A stretch of DNA of 64,000 nucleotides from an uncultured Chloroflexia bacterium. Its GTDB lineage: Bacteria; Chloroflexota; Limnocylindria; QHBO01. Position numbers and translations under genes: made by a program. Every line of letters begins with the position of its first letter. The stretch's first letter is position 1. The DNA is taken from positions 1,536,001 through 1,600,000 of the forward strand of contig CAWGTN010000002.1 in NCBI GenBank assembly GCA_963825525.1. The letters are read 5' to 3'. This document shows positions 37,868 to 47,880 of the stretch, piece after piece. The notes beneath the pieces were generated by a model. The model was given only the letters and a program-made list of their open reading frames with translations. It had not been told where the DNA came from and searched no databases.

Positions 37868-38910
37868 CGAATCGCCGGAACCATCGCCGGCTGGCGGACC
37901 TGTGCACGGACCTCGCGGACCAACAGGGTGACCCGGCCGATCGCCTCGAAGCCGGCATCCTCTGCAGCGCGCGTGCCCGCTGACTCATATGTTCGCACCG
38001 GAGCGAGGATTCCTGCAGCCGTCGCCTCGCTGCCGATACGCGATATCACCGACCGCAGGAACGCCGCGCCGTCGGCGCCGTCCCGGACGAGGAACCGCAG
38101 ATAGTGGGGCCCGGAGCGACACGCCCCGTGCTGGGCGAAGCCCGCCACCCGTTGCTCGGCCGGCAACAGCCACGCCTCCACGTCGCTGAAATGCAGGATG
38201 GGATTGAGCGACGAGCGCGGGACGATGGCCTCGTGGCCGGCCGACTCCCAGTCGGACGCCCCGTACCCCTCGATCCGGGCGATGGCCGGCGGCGTGGCGT
38301 GCGTCCACAGATCGAAGAGGTGCCAGGCGTCGGGGGCTCCGGCGTGCTGGAGCTCCTGGGCGTCGGAGGCGCGGTCGCGACCGTCGCGTGTCACCAGCCC
38401 CCTGAGCCACGACCGGGGACCGTGGGCCGGCTCGGGCGGACGCCACCAGATCTCCTCCTGGGCGTACGCCATGAAGCTCGACTGCCCGAACAGCTCGAGA
38501 TTCTCGCGCACATCGGCGCATGCGGCGTGCAGGCGTCCGATGCCATGTCCCGCCCCCGCCTCGACGACCGCCTGGAGAAGGTCATACCGAATCTCGGCCG
38601 CCATCGGCCCGTCATCGGCGTTCAGCTCGGTGATGACCCAATCGTCGCGGTGCGGTTCCTCGATCGCTCGGCAGCTGCCCACCAGCTCCCCGTCCGTCTC
38701 GGCCACGAGGTGAACAGATGGTGCGCGCAGCGGCAGCCACGATGGCATGAGGGTCGACAGGCTGATCCGCGGCGATTCCGCCGACGGGGCCGGAACCCCC
38801 AGGGTCCGACGATGCGAGTCCTCGGCCGCGTGGACGCGGCGCGATAGATCGGTGAGCGCCTGCCGGTCAGTGATGCGTGCGGGGCGGATCGTCCGCTCGA
38901 CCTGGATCAC
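37864..38910 (-). CDS. Hypothetical protein, degenerate tandem GNAT-like fold
   Basis: IRPARITD start, [19 protein letters not shown]; translationally coupled to both neighbours. Confidence 0.65.
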   Translation of the reverse strand: MIQVERTIRPARITDRQALTDLSRRVHAAEDSHRRTLGVPAPSAESPRISLSTLMPSWLPLRAPSVHLVAETDGELVGSCRAIEEPHRDDWVITELNADDGPMAAEIRYDLLQAVVEAGAGHGIGRLHAACADVRENLELFGQSSFMAYAQEEIWWRPPEPAHGPRSWLRGLVTRDGRDRASDAQELQHAGAPDAWHLFDLWTHATPPAIARIEGYGASDWESAGHEAIVPRSSLNPILHFSDVEAWLLPAEQRVAGFAQHGACRSGPHYLRFLVRDGADGAAFLRSVISRIGSEATAAGILAPVRTYESAGTRAAEDAGFEAIGRVTLLVREVRAQVRQPAMVPAIR

Positions 38911-39518
38911 GCCGGCCGCTCCGCGCCCCTCTCGACCATCTGGACCAGGAGCCGATGGATCCTTCGGTCGTCCGTGAGCTCGGGATGGAAGGCAGTCGCG
39001 ATGACGCGCCCCTGGCGCACGGCAACGGGCGTGCCATCGGGGTCACGTGCCAGGATCTCGGCGGCGGTGCCGACGCCGGTCACGAACGGCGCGCGGATGA
39101 AGACACCGTGGAGCGGATCCGGTCCCAGCAGCGGGATATCAAGGTCCGCCTCGAACGAGTCGAGCTGCCGCCCGTACCCGTTGCGGCGAACCTCCAGATC
39201 GATCAGCGGGAAGACCGGCTCGTCGCCGTCGGCGATTCGCTCCGCCAGCAGGATCATGCCGGCACACGTGCCGAGTAGCGGAGCACCCGATCGGGCGAGC
39301 GAGGCGATGGGCTCGCGCAGGCCGTACTCGTCGATGAGCTTGCGCATGGTGGTTGACTCACCACCGGGCAGGATCAGCGCATCAAGGTCGACGAGGTCCC
39401 GAGGCAGGCGCACCTCGACGGGATCGGCGCCGACGGCGCGAATGGCCTCGACGTGTGGCCTCACGGCGCCCTGGACGGCGAGCACGCCGATGCGCGGTCG
39501 CCGAGCCTGGTGGGTCAT
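38907..39518 (-). CDS. pdxT: Pyridoxal 5'-phosphate synthase glutaminase subunit
   Basis: GVLAVQG, LPGGESTT, GTCAGMILLA, GVFIRAP, AFHPEL. Confidence 0.97.
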   Translation of the reverse strand: MTHQARRPRIGVLAVQGAVRPHVEAIRAVGADPVEVRLPRDLVDLDALILPGGESTTMRKLIDEYGLREPIASLARSGAPLLGTCAGMILLAERIADGDEPVFPLIDLEVRRNGYGRQLDSFEADLDIPLLGPDPLHGVFIRAPFVTGVGTAAEILARDPDGTPVAVRQGRVIATAFHPELTDDRRIHRLLVQMVERGAERPA

Positions 39519-39527
39519 CGTCCGTGG

Positions 39528-40418
39528 CTACCAGCCGCGAACGGCCAGCCGCTCCTCGGGCGGGATGGCACCCGATGCGGTGCCGCGCATCGGCTCACCC
39601 AATCCGGCGCTGACCTCGGCCAGGATCTCGGGATTGTCGTACTGGGTCGCGGCCTTGACGATGGCCCGCGCATAGCGCTCCGGGTTCTCGCTCTTGAAGA
39701 TGCCGGATCCGACGAAGACCGCCTGGGCGCCGAGCTGACGCATGAGGCTCGCATCGGCCGGCGTCGCGACGCCCCCGGCGCTGAAGTTCGGCACCGGAAG
39801 CTCGCCCAGCTCGGCGGTCTGCTTGACCACGTCGTACGGCGCGCGCAACTCCTTGGCCGCGGCGAACAGCTCGTCGGGACGCATGGACTGCAGCTGGCGA
39901 ATGCCCTTCTGCACCGCGCGCATGTGACGGACGGCCTCCACGATGTCGCCGGTGCCGGCCTCGCCCTTGGTTCGGATCATGGCCGCCCCTTCGCCGATGC
40001 GACGCAGCGCCTCGCCCAGGTCCCGGCAGCCGCACACGAACGGAACCGCGAAGGCGTGCTTGTCGATGTGATGTTCCTCGTCAGCCGGCGTGAGCACCTC
40101 GGACTCGTCGATGTAGTCGACCTCGAGCGCCTGGAGGATCTGGGCCTCGGCGAAGTGGCCGATCCGGCACTTGGCCATCACGGGAATGCTGACCGCCTGC
40201 TTGATCTCCTCGATCAGCTTCGGATCGCTCATGCGGGCCACCCCGCCATCACGACGGATGTCGGACGGCACGCGCTCGAGCGCCATGACCGCCACGGCAC
40301 CGGCCTCCTGCGCCACGCGAGCCTGATCGGCGGTGACGACGTCCATGATCACGCCGCCGGCGAGCATCCTTGCCAGGCCGACCTTCGTGGTCCACGTGCT
40401 TCGTTCGATGGTGGTCAT
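39528..40418 (-). CDS. pdxS: Pyridoxal 5'-phosphate synthase lyase subunit
   Basis: [48 protein letters not shown]. Confidence 0.97.
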   Translation of the reverse strand: MTTIERSTWTTKVGLARMLAGGVIMDVVTADQARVAQEAGAVAVMALERVPSDIRRDGGVARMSDPKLIEEIKQAVSIPVMAKCRIGHFAEAQILQALEVDYIDESEVLTPADEEHHIDKHAFAVPFVCGCRDLGEALRRIGEGAAMIRTKGEAGTGDIVEAVRHMRAVQKGIRQLQSMRPDELFAAAKELRAPYDVVKQTAELGELPVPNFSAGGVATPADASLMRQLGAQAVFVGSGIFKSENPERYARAIVKAATQYDNPEILAEVSAGLGEPMRGTASGAIPPEERLAVRGW

Positions 40419-40585
40419 GTGCTCATTCCTGTGCGACGCGCCGACCGGCACTTCGCGCCGCTCGGGTCGACCATCATTCTACTCACGAGTGGCGTTGGCG
40501 CCCACGTGGGCATCCCTCTCATGGATTCGGTGGTGGCGTGCGGCGGGATGGTTGGTATCATCGGCCGCAGGAAGGCGCTCGCACG

Positions 40586-41125
40586 ATGATCAATGCACCC
40601 GTACTGGTCCTGAACCAGAACTACGAGCCACTCAACGTCTGCGACATCAGGCGCGCATTCCGCCTGCTCGGGGCGGAGAAGGCGGAGCTGCTGGCCCGGA
40701 ATCACCAGGTGATTCACACGCCGACCATCGCCATCCCGGCGCCGTCCGTGATCCGCCTCCAGTACCACGTGAAGCGGCCGCAGCCACGGGTCAAGCTCAG
40801 CCGACGCGAGGTGTTCAGTCGCGACCGGCACACCTGCCAGTACTGCGGCGCCACGCGTCGCGACCTGACCATCGACCACGTGATGCCCAAGCATCGCGGC
40901 GGCCGGCACGAGTGGGACAACCTGGTGGCCGCCTGCCGGGCCTGCAACCACCGCAAGGGCGGCAAGACGGTGGCGGAGGCGCGGATGCAGCTCATGCGGG
41001 AGCCGCGTGCCCCGCGGGCCGACCTGCGCTACCTGTTCGGGACCTACCTGTCGGACGAGCGCAACGACGCCTGGCGTTCCTTCCTGTTCCTGGAGCCGAT
41101 TCGCACGTCCCCGGCCACGCGCTGA
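40586..41125 (+). CDS. HNH endonuclease (McrA/HNH_5 type)
   Basis: VLVLNQNYEPL, PSVIRL, RD..TCQYCG, TIDHVMP..RGG..WDNLVAAC..CNHRKG. Confidence 0.92.
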   Translation: MINAPVLVLNQNYEPLNVCDIRRAFRLLGAEKAELLARNHQVIHTPTIAIPAPSVIRLQYHVKRPQPRVKLSRREVFSRDRHTCQYCGATRRDLTIDHVMPKHRGGRHEWDNLVAACRACNHRKGGKTVAEARMQLMREPRAPRADLRYLFGTYLSDERNDAWRSFLFLEPIRTSPATR

Positions 41126-41156
41126 GACGTCGGTCGTGCCTGCTTCACGGGAGCCG

Positions 41157-42539
41157 ATGTTCCCGAACCTCCCCTTGCCCGTGGTCGACGTCCTGCGCCG
41201 GCTCTCCGGGGCGGGGCACTCCGCAGCCATCGTGGGTGGGGCGGTGCGCGATCGGCTGCTCGGCGTCGCGTCCGACGACGGCGATTGGGACGTTGCGACC
41301 TCGGCGGTCCCCGAGGCGGTTGTCGCGCTGCTGGCGGGAGCCACCTGGGACAACCGGTTCGGCACCGTCACCCTCGTCGGCCGGCCGTCGGTCGAGATCA
41401 CGTCGTTCCGGACCGAGGCCGGCTACCGCGACGCGCGACGCCCCGACGAGGTCCGCTTCGGCGCCAGCCTCGAGGAGGACCTGGCTCGCCGCGACCTGAC
41501 CGTCAACGCCATCGCCTGGGTTCCCGACGACCTGGAGTCCGGTGACGGCCACCTGGTCGACCCCTTCGGCGGGCAGTCAGACCTCGACGCGAGGCTCCTG
41601 CGGGCGGTGGGCGATCCCGAGGCCCGGTTCGCGGAGGACGCCCTCCGGCTCATCCGCACTGCCCGACTGGCCGGCCAGCTCGGCTTCGCCATCGAGGAGC
41701 GGACTGCCGCTGCCATCCGCCGGCTGGCTCCCACCGCGACGACCGTCTCGGGTGAGCGGGTCCGCGACGAGCTCCAGCGCATGCTGGACGAAACCGAGCC
41801 GTCGATCGCGCTGCGCCAGCTCGAGCGCCTGGGCCTGCTGGCGGTGATCCTGCCCGAGCTGGCTGCCCTGCGCGGCATCCCGCAGAACAAGGCGCTGCCG
41901 GGCGATGCGCTCGACCATTCGCTGCGCGCGGTCGACGCCGCGCCGCCGGGAGATCGCGCGCTGCGGTGGGCGGCCCTGCTCCACGATATCGGCAAAGCGG
42001 TGACCCTGGCGGACGGGCACTTCATCGATCACGACCGGGTCGGCGCCGAGCTGGCGGCGGCCGTCCTCGATCGGTTGCGACTGCCGCGCGCGGTGGCATC
42101 GACCGTGGTGCGCGCCATTCGGCACCACATGTACGCCTACGAGCCGGAGTGGTCGGATGCGGCCGTCCGACGCTTCATCCGGCGGGTCGGCGACGCGGAC
42201 CTGCCGCTCCTCTTCGACCTGCGTCGCGCCGATGACCTCGCCTCCGCGGCCGTAGGGCCGGGTTCGAAGCTCCAGGTCGAGCTCATGCGCCGCGTGGCGG
42301 CCGAGCTGGAGCGCGCGCCTGACCTGCTGCGGCATCGGCGGCTCGCAATCGACGGCGACGATGTGCAACGGGTGCTGGAGACCGGCCCCGGACCGACGAT
42401 CGGCGCCGTCATGGATCGGCTCGTCGAGGCTGTGATGGAGGATCCCACGCTCAACACGCGGGAGGCGTTGATCGACCTGGCGCGCCGTGTCGGGGCGGGA
42501 GCGGTGCCGGAGGGCACCGGACCGGAGGGGACGGGCTGA
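41157..42539 (+). CDS. cca: CCA tRNA nucleotidyltransferase / poly(A) polymerase family with HD domain
   Basis: VGGAVRD.LLG...DWDVAT, EITSFR, DLARRDLTVNAIA, EDALRLIR, ALLHDIGK. Confidence 0.9.
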   Translation: MFPNLPLPVVDVLRRLSGAGHSAAIVGGAVRDRLLGVASDDGDWDVATSAVPEAVVALLAGATWDNRFGTVTLVGRPSVEITSFRTEAGYRDARRPDEVRFGASLEEDLARRDLTVNAIAWVPDDLESGDGHLVDPFGGQSDLDARLLRAVGDPEARFAEDALRLIRTARLAGQLGFAIEERTAAAIRRLAPTATTVSGERVRDELQRMLDETEPSIALRQLERLGLLAVILPELAALRGIPQNKALPGDALDHSLRAVDAAPPGDRALRWAALLHDIGKAVTLADGHFIDHDRVGAELAAAVLDRLRLPRAVASTVVRAIRHHMYAYEPEWSDAAVRRFIRRVGDADLPLLFDLRRADDLASAAVGPGSKLQVELMRRVAAELERAPDLLRHRRLAIDGDDVQRVLETGPGPTIGAVMDRLVEAVMEDPTLNTREALIDLARRVGAGAVPEGTGPEGTG

Positions 42540-42636
42540 CACCTGAATGGACGCTGCTACAATCCGGCGTCCGGGCCCAATGTCCGGATCGTGCCTCATC
42601 CAACGCTGCTCACCCGAGCGGAGGGACCGTGCATCG

Positions 42637-43332
42637 ATGAACGCCACCGTGCGTCGTGCTGTCCGGCTCGAGCACCGGCTCACGCAACCGAATGCGTCGC
42701 TCGCGGATCTCGATGCCGCGGTGACGCTGGCCGTCGAGCATGACCTGGCAGCGTTGACCGTCAGCCCATGGCTGATCAAGGTGGCGAAGCGCCGGCTCGG
42801 TCGCTCTCGCGTGACGCTCGGCACCGTCGTCGGCTACCCGCACGGGGGCCAGATCCTGAGCGTGAAGGCCTTCGAGGCCTCGAAGGCCCTGGAGCAGGGC
42901 GCCACGCAGATCGACTTCGTCATGAATGGTGGCGCCCTCGCCTCCGGCGACGACGAGATGGTCTTCAACGACATGCTGGCCGTCATCGACATGGCGCACT
43001 CGGCCCTCGCCTCGGTGGGCGTCATCATCGAGGCTCAGCCCATGAGCGAGGAGCATCTGCGACGCGCGTGCCGGCTTGCGGAACGCGCCGGTGCGGACCA
43101 TGTCGTCACCAGCCCGGGCAGCGCGACGGCGCGCGGCACCGTGGCCAGGACGCGACTCCTTCGCGACAGCGTCGGCCCTCGCATCGGCGTCAAGGCCAGC
43201 GGCCGATTCCGCAACGTTGACCAGGTGCACGCGGCCGCCGCGGCGGGCGCGACTCGGGTCTCGGCGAACCTGACCGCGGCCCTGGCGCGGGTCCTCGCGG
43301 ATGCCGGCCGGCCGCTGGGCGCCGCCTCATGA
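42637..43332 (+). CDS. Deoxyribose-phosphate aldolase-like protein lacking the Schiff-base Lys
   Basis: TVVGYPHG, KAFEA..A...GA..IDFV, GVKASG; GADHVVTSPG where DeoC has GADFVKTSTG. Confidence 0.75.
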   Translation: MNATVRRAVRLEHRLTQPNASLADLDAAVTLAVEHDLAALTVSPWLIKVAKRRLGRSRVTLGTVVGYPHGGQILSVKAFEASKALEQGATQIDFVMNGGALASGDDEMVFNDMLAVIDMAHSALASVGVIIEAQPMSEEHLRRACRLAERAGADHVVTSPGSATARGTVARTRLLRDSVGPRIGVKASGRFRNVDQVHAAAAAGATRVSANLTAALARVLADAGRPLGAAS

Positions 43333-43351
43333 GAGACCGGAGGAGCGTGGA

Positions 43352-44398
43352 GTGAAGCTGCTGGTGGTCGGAGGTGCCGGATATGTGGGCTCGACCAGCG
43401 TCGAACGCTTCCTCGAGGCCGGCCATGACGTGGTCGTGTACGACAACCTGTCCAGCGGCCATCGGTCGGCGGTGCCCGACGGCGCACGGCTGGAGGTGGG
43501 GGACATCATCGACGACCGGCGTCTCGAGGCCCTGCTGCGCGACGGGGTCGATGCCGTGCTCCACTGCGCGGCACGGTCACTGGTCGGCGAGTCGATGGTC
43601 GATCCCGGCATCTACTACCGCACCAACGTCGGCGGCGGGGTGGCGCTCCTCGACGCCATGAACCGCGCCGGCGTCACGCGCCTGGTGTTCAGCTCCACCG
43701 CGGCGGTGTACGGCGAACCAAGGCGGGTGCCGATCGCCGAGGCGGATCGGACCCAGCCCATCAATCCGTACGGCGAGACCAAGGTCGCGTTCGAGGGCGC
43801 CATGCGCTGGTTCTGCGCCGCCCACGATTTCCGCGCCATCAGCCTGCGCTACTTCAACGTCGCCGGCGCCACCGAGCGCAACGGCGAGGACCATGAGCCC
43901 GAGACGCATCTCATGCCGCTCGTCCTCCGGGTGGCGGCCGGGGAGGCGACTCACGTCCAGATCCACGGCCAGGACTACCCGACGCCGGATGGCACCTGCA
44001 TCCGCGACTTCCTCCACGTGCGCGACATCGCAAACGCGCACCTCCTGGCACTCGAGGCGACGGGCGAGGGCGAGCCATCCTTCGAGGTCTACAACCTCGG
44101 TTCGGCCGCCGGCTTCAGTGTGCGAGAGGTGGTCGAGGCGGCCCGGCGCGTCACCGGACGAGCCATCCCGGCGCGGCCCGTGAAGCGGCGCACCGGCGAT
44201 CCGCCCGTGCTCGTGGCATCGTCGCGACGGGCGCGTCGTGAGCTCGGTTGGCAGCCGTCGCACTCGACCCTGGAACAGATGCTGGCCGATGCCTGGGCAT
44301 GGCGCGAGGCGAATCCCGGTGGGTACGGAGGGGAACCGGCAACGCGTGCATCCGAGGACGGAGCCGAGCCCGAGCGCGTGGTCGCGTCGGCCGGATGA
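43352..44398 (+). CDS. galE: UDP-glucose 4-epimerase
   Basis: GGAGYVGS, FSSTAAVYG, NPYGETK, LRYFNVAGA, DGTCIRDFLHV. Confidence 0.95.
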   Translation: MKLLVVGGAGYVGSTSVERFLEAGHDVVVYDNLSSGHRSAVPDGARLEVGDIIDDRRLEALLRDGVDAVLHCAARSLVGESMVDPGIYYRTNVGGGVALLDAMNRAGVTRLVFSSTAAVYGEPRRVPIAEADRTQPINPYGETKVAFEGAMRWFCAAHDFRAISLRYFNVAGATERNGEDHEPETHLMPLVLRVAAGEATHVQIHGQDYPTPDGTCIRDFLHVRDIANAHLLALEATGEGEPSFEVYNLGSAAGFSVREVVEAARRVTGRAIPARPVKRRTGDPPVLVASSRRARRELGWQPSHSTLEQMLADAWAWREANPGGYGGEPATRASEDGAEPERVVASAG

Positions 44399-44418
44399 GG
44401 CACCGGCTCGGCTGACGC

Positions 44419-44841
44419 CTAGGCCGTGGCGCAGCTGGCGCAGGTCCCGTAGAAGTCCATCCGCGCATCGTCGATCGTGAAGCCCAGGTCCGCCGCGACG
44501 CGTGCCGCCACGGGAGCGACGTACCCCTCGTCGATCTCCTCCACGCGGCCGCATCGGTCGCATGAGAGGTGGTGATGATGCTGTGGCCGGCAGGCGACAT
44601 AGGCGGACACGTGGCCGTCCAGCTCCAGCCGCCTGGCGACGCCGGCTGCCACCAGGGCCTCAACCGTCCGGAACACGGTCGCGCGGCCGATGCTGGGGCT
44701 GTCACGCCGAACGCGCTCGAAGAGCTCCTGCGCCGAGACCTGGCGTCCGAAGGCGGCGAGCGCATCGGATACGTCGAGCCGCTGTGGTGTGACACGCTCA
44801 CCGGCGGCGCGAAGCCGATCCGCGGTCGTTCGGGCGCTCAG
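44419..44841 (-). CDS. Fur/Zur family transcriptional regulator (probable CTG start)
   Basis: Extending the ORF upstream gives GERVTPQR..SAQELF..IGRATVFRT; HHHHLSCDRCG and GTCASC; CTGA overlap with ZIP stop. Confidence 0.9.
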   Translation of the reverse strand: MSARTTADRLRAAGERVTPQRLDVSDALAAFGRQVSAQELFERVRRDSPSIGRATVFRTVEALVAAGVARRLELDGHVSAYVACRPQHHHHLSCDRCGRVEEIDEGYVAPVAARVAADLGFTIDDARMDFYGTCASCATA

Positions 44842-45590
44842 TGTGCGCCGACCACGCCGGCGAAGACGCTGAAGGCGTAGATGGCCGCGACGCCCGTGAA
44901 CGTCGCCACCACGACCCAGCGCGAACGGTCGGTGCGATGCGCCTCGGGCAGGAGCTCGGCAGCGCCGATATAGAGGAAGAAGCCGGCGAACACCGCCAGC
45001 ATCCCTCCGAGCACCTCATCGGGAATCGGAAGCAGCAGTCCGACGATGACGCCGACCACGGGAGCCACCGCCACCAGCGAGACCCAGCGGTAGATCTCAC
45101 TCCTCGGGGTGCGACTGGCCAGCAGCAGGCTCACGATCCCGATGCCATCGCTGAATCGGTGCATGATCACCACCGCGGCGATCACGAGGCCGAGCCCACC
45201 GCCGATCGCCAGCCCGGCGGCAAGGGCCACGCCGTCGAGGAAGCTATGGAAGCTCATGCCCAGGCTGCCGATGAACCCGATGTGCCGATGCGTCTCATCG
45301 CCGTGGTCGAGCTCGGTGGCCGTCTCGTGGCCCACGTGGAGCGCGGTGAGCTTCTCGATGGCATAGAAGGCCAGGAAGCCGACAGCCGTGAACAGCATCG
45401 CGAGATCGAGCGAGCCACCCAGGTGCTCCACCGACTCGGGGATGAGGTCGAAGTAGGCGGCGCCGATGCGGATCCCCGCGCCCACGGCGATGATCAGCCC
45501 GACGTGATGGATGGCGCGCAGGGCGACGATGCCGCCGAGCAACGCCGAGATGAATGCGCTCGCCGAAACGAGCAGAGCGGTCAGTGCCAT
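44838..45590 (-). CDS. ZIP family metal transporter (ZupT-like)
   Basis: DLIPES, His-containing loop, HSFLDG, HRFSDG, ELLPEAH. Confidence 0.9.
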   Translation of the reverse strand: MALTALLVSASAFISALLGGIVALRAIHHVGLIIAVGAGIRIGAAYFDLIPESVEHLGGSLDLAMLFTAVGFLAFYAIEKLTALHVGHETATELDHGDETHRHIGFIGSLGMSFHSFLDGVALAAGLAIGGGLGLVIAAVVIMHRFSDGIGIVSLLLASRTPRSEIYRWVSLVAVAPVVGVIVGLLLPIPDEVLGGMLAVFAGFFLYIGAAELLPEAHRTDRSRWVVVATFTGVAAIYAFSVFAGVVGAH

Positions 45591-45591
45591 A

Positions 45592-45629
45592 CGATACTGA
45601 GTATCAGATAGGCCGCCTGACGATGTCAA
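45592..45629 (-). promoter_or_regulatory. Promoter with overlapping Fur-family 7-1-7 box
   Basis: TTGACA (45629-45624)-N18-GATACT; palindrome GATACT-N-AGTATC at 45593-45605, 2 nt before ZIP ATG. Confidence 0.7.
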
Positions 45630-45856
45630 GCGCGCCGTGCCTCGATCTGGCCGATCCCGTGGTACGATCCCGCTCGCGGCGTGACCGCCGGCTCGAATCG
45701 CGGGCCGCCCCGTGCGCCGCGCGCCGGAGCGCGCCAGCCCGCCCGGCATCCCGTCGCTGACCAGTCATCTCGCGGAGCTCCGCTTGCCCGATACCGACCC
45801 TCCCCGCGCGCGGACACGCCGCCGCCCGACTCGCCACCTCCGACGCCTCAGACTCG

Positions 45857-47056
45857 GTGGCCATCGAGGTCGCAGGCGACTCCTCGGACGCCTCAGATTT
45901 CGAGCAGGCGATCATGGCCGCCTCGCGCTCGTACCGGTTCGGCGAGATCGAGGTTCCGGCGACCATCGCCCGCGCCATCGAGAAGATGGGGTTCGTCTCG
46001 CCGACCGAGGTGCAGGCACGTTCGATTCCGCCGCTTCGGCGCGGCGAGGATCTCATCGGCCAGGCCCAGACCGGAACCGGCAAGACCGCGGCCTTCGGCA
46101 TCCCGATCGTCGAGAAGATCGACCCTTCGAGCGGCCACGTCCAGGCACTGGTCCTGACGCCGACCCGCGAGCTGTGCGTCCAGGTCACCGAGGAGATCGC
46201 GCGCATCGGCGGCTTCAGGAACATTCGAACCGTGGCGATCTACGGCGGCTCGTCGATGGACCGCCAGATCGAGGGCCTGAAGCGCGGCGCCCAGGTCGTG
46301 GTGGGGACGCCGGGACGGGTGCTGGATCTGATCCGGCGTGGAGAGCTGCGACTCGACCGGGTCCACACCGTGATCCTCGACGAGGCCGATCGGATGCTCG
46401 ACATGGGATTCATCGTCGACGTCGAGACGATCCTGGCCCGAAGCCCTCGACAGCGGCAGACCGCGTTGTTCAGCGCCACCATGCCGTACGCCATCCTTCG
46501 CATCTGCGACCGCTTCATGAAGAAGGATCCGGCGCACGTCACGGTTCGACCCGACCTCCGGACAGTCGAGACCGTGCGCCAGGTCGTGTACTTCGTGGCG
46601 GAGCAGGACAAGGTTTCGGCACTGCTGGAGCTGACCGATCAGTTCGGGTTCGATCGGCTGCTCGTCTTCCGGCACACCCAGATCGGCGTCGATCGCCTGG
46701 CCGCCACGCTCCAGCGACGCGGGAAGAACGTCGCCGGGCTGCACGGCGGCCTCTCGCAGCGAGAGCGAGACCGCACCCTGGCCGCCTTCCGCGACGGGAA
46801 GATCCAGTTCCTGATCGCCACCAACGTCGCGAGTCGCGGGCTCGACATCACGGATCTGCCGTACGTCGTCTCGTACGACATCCCCGAGGACGCCGACACC
46901 TACGTCCACCGCATCGGCCGCACCGGTCGGGCGGGGAAGGAGGGGACCGCCATCACCTTCGTGGGCGAGTGGGACCTCGATGCGTGGGAGGCCATACGCT
47001 CGGAGGTCGGGGCAGCGGTCGAAGAAGGCAAGCTCGACCTGTACGACCGGGGCTGA
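45857..47056 (+). CDS. DEAD-box RNA helicase
   Basis: AQTGTGKT, PTREL, GTPGRV, DEAD, SAT, SRGLD, YVHRIGRTGRAG. Confidence 0.95.
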   Translation: MAIEVAGDSSDASDFEQAIMAASRSYRFGEIEVPATIARAIEKMGFVSPTEVQARSIPPLRRGEDLIGQAQTGTGKTAAFGIPIVEKIDPSSGHVQALVLTPTRELCVQVTEEIARIGGFRNIRTVAIYGGSSMDRQIEGLKRGAQVVVGTPGRVLDLIRRGELRLDRVHTVILDEADRMLDMGFIVDVETILARSPRQRQTALFSATMPYAILRICDRFMKKDPAHVTVRPDLRTVETVRQVVYFVAEQDKVSALLELTDQFGFDRLLVFRHTQIGVDRLAATLQRRGKNVAGLHGGLSQRERDRTLAAFRDGKIQFLIATNVASRGLDITDLPYVVSYDIPEDADTYVHRIGRTGRAGKEGTAITFVGEWDLDAWEAIRSEVGAAVEEGKLDLYDRG

Positions 47057-47103
47057 CCCGGGGATCCCATGAACCATGGGATCGGACAGGGGCTACGCTA
47101 GGC

Positions 47104-47793
47104 ATGATGAATGAGCCGATCCTGCCGCAGCTGCCGGTCGAGGCGAACGCCGAGGTGCTGAGCGTCGAGTGGCTGTTCGAGCCGTTGTGGCCGGGAACGC
47201 GCCTGCTCGCTCACGCATCGAACGGGACGGTGAGCCTGACCGATGAGCACGGCGAGGTGGCAGGCACGGATGACGGGCTGGCCGATGCCCCGGCCGTGCT
47301 CGGCAGCGCGATCCTGGCCGACGGCGCCGTCGTCGACGGCGTGTGGACGGCGCAGCCGTTCGTCGGTGATGGGAGCCCGGCCCGCGCATGGGCCGAGACG
47401 CTCGAGGCGGAAGGCCTCGCCAGCGAGATCCCCGACCCGCTCGAGACGGAGCGGCGCCGAGCGTTCGTGGCCGTCGACCTCGTCGAGCTTGACGGCGAGG
47501 CGCTCCACGAGATCCCGTTCCAGGAGCGCCGCCGGCTGCTCGAGTCCGTGATCGACGAGGGCGTGCGCGTGCGGCTGAGCCCGGTGGTCAAGCAGCCTCT
47601 CGCCGGCTGGATGGTGGGATGGCGGGCCAACGGATTCACCCACTACCTCGCCAAGCACATGAACTCGCGCTATCACCCCGGCGAGCGGACCGAGGACTGG
47701 CTCAAGCTCTCGCTTCGAGCCGAGGCGCCGCGCAGCTTCATGGGCAGGATGATGGGAGGGCGCGGCGACCGGGTCCGCCGCGTTCGAGACTAG
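47104..47793 (+). CDS. ATP-dependent DNA ligase adenylation-domain-like protein, catalytic Lys absent
   Basis: WLFEPLWPGTR (cf. W.FE.K.DG.R), VVDG, AVDLVELDG, PFQERRRLL, AK..NSRYHPGERTEDWLK. Confidence 0.7.
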   Translation: MMNEPILPQLPVEANAEVLSVEWLFEPLWPGTRLLAHASNGTVSLTDEHGEVAGTDDGLADAPAVLGSAILADGAVVDGVWTAQPFVGDGSPARAWAETLEAEGLASEIPDPLETERRRAFVAVDLVELDGEALHEIPFQERRRLLESVIDEGVRVRLSPVVKQPLAGWMVGWRANGFTHYLAKHMNSRYHPGERTEDWLKLSLRAEAPRSFMGRMMGGRGDRVRRVRD

Positions 47794-47880
47794 GGCACCG
47801 GTCCGGTCCAGGGGCGCCTGCGTGCTACCATCGGGTCCCCCGAGCGATCGCCGCGCGACGCACACCGAGGAGGCGCCGTC

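Noticed and set aside
40586-41125. HNH nuclease as a homing, mobile or defence element
   Set aside because: Matches the widespread stand-alone housekeeping-context HNH family; no intron, repeats or methylase nearby
45712-47793. 693-aa ORF suggesting a large ligase fusion
   Set aside because: The first ~460 codons are an Arg/Pro-rich off-frame shadow of the DEAD helicase; the real gene starts at about 47104
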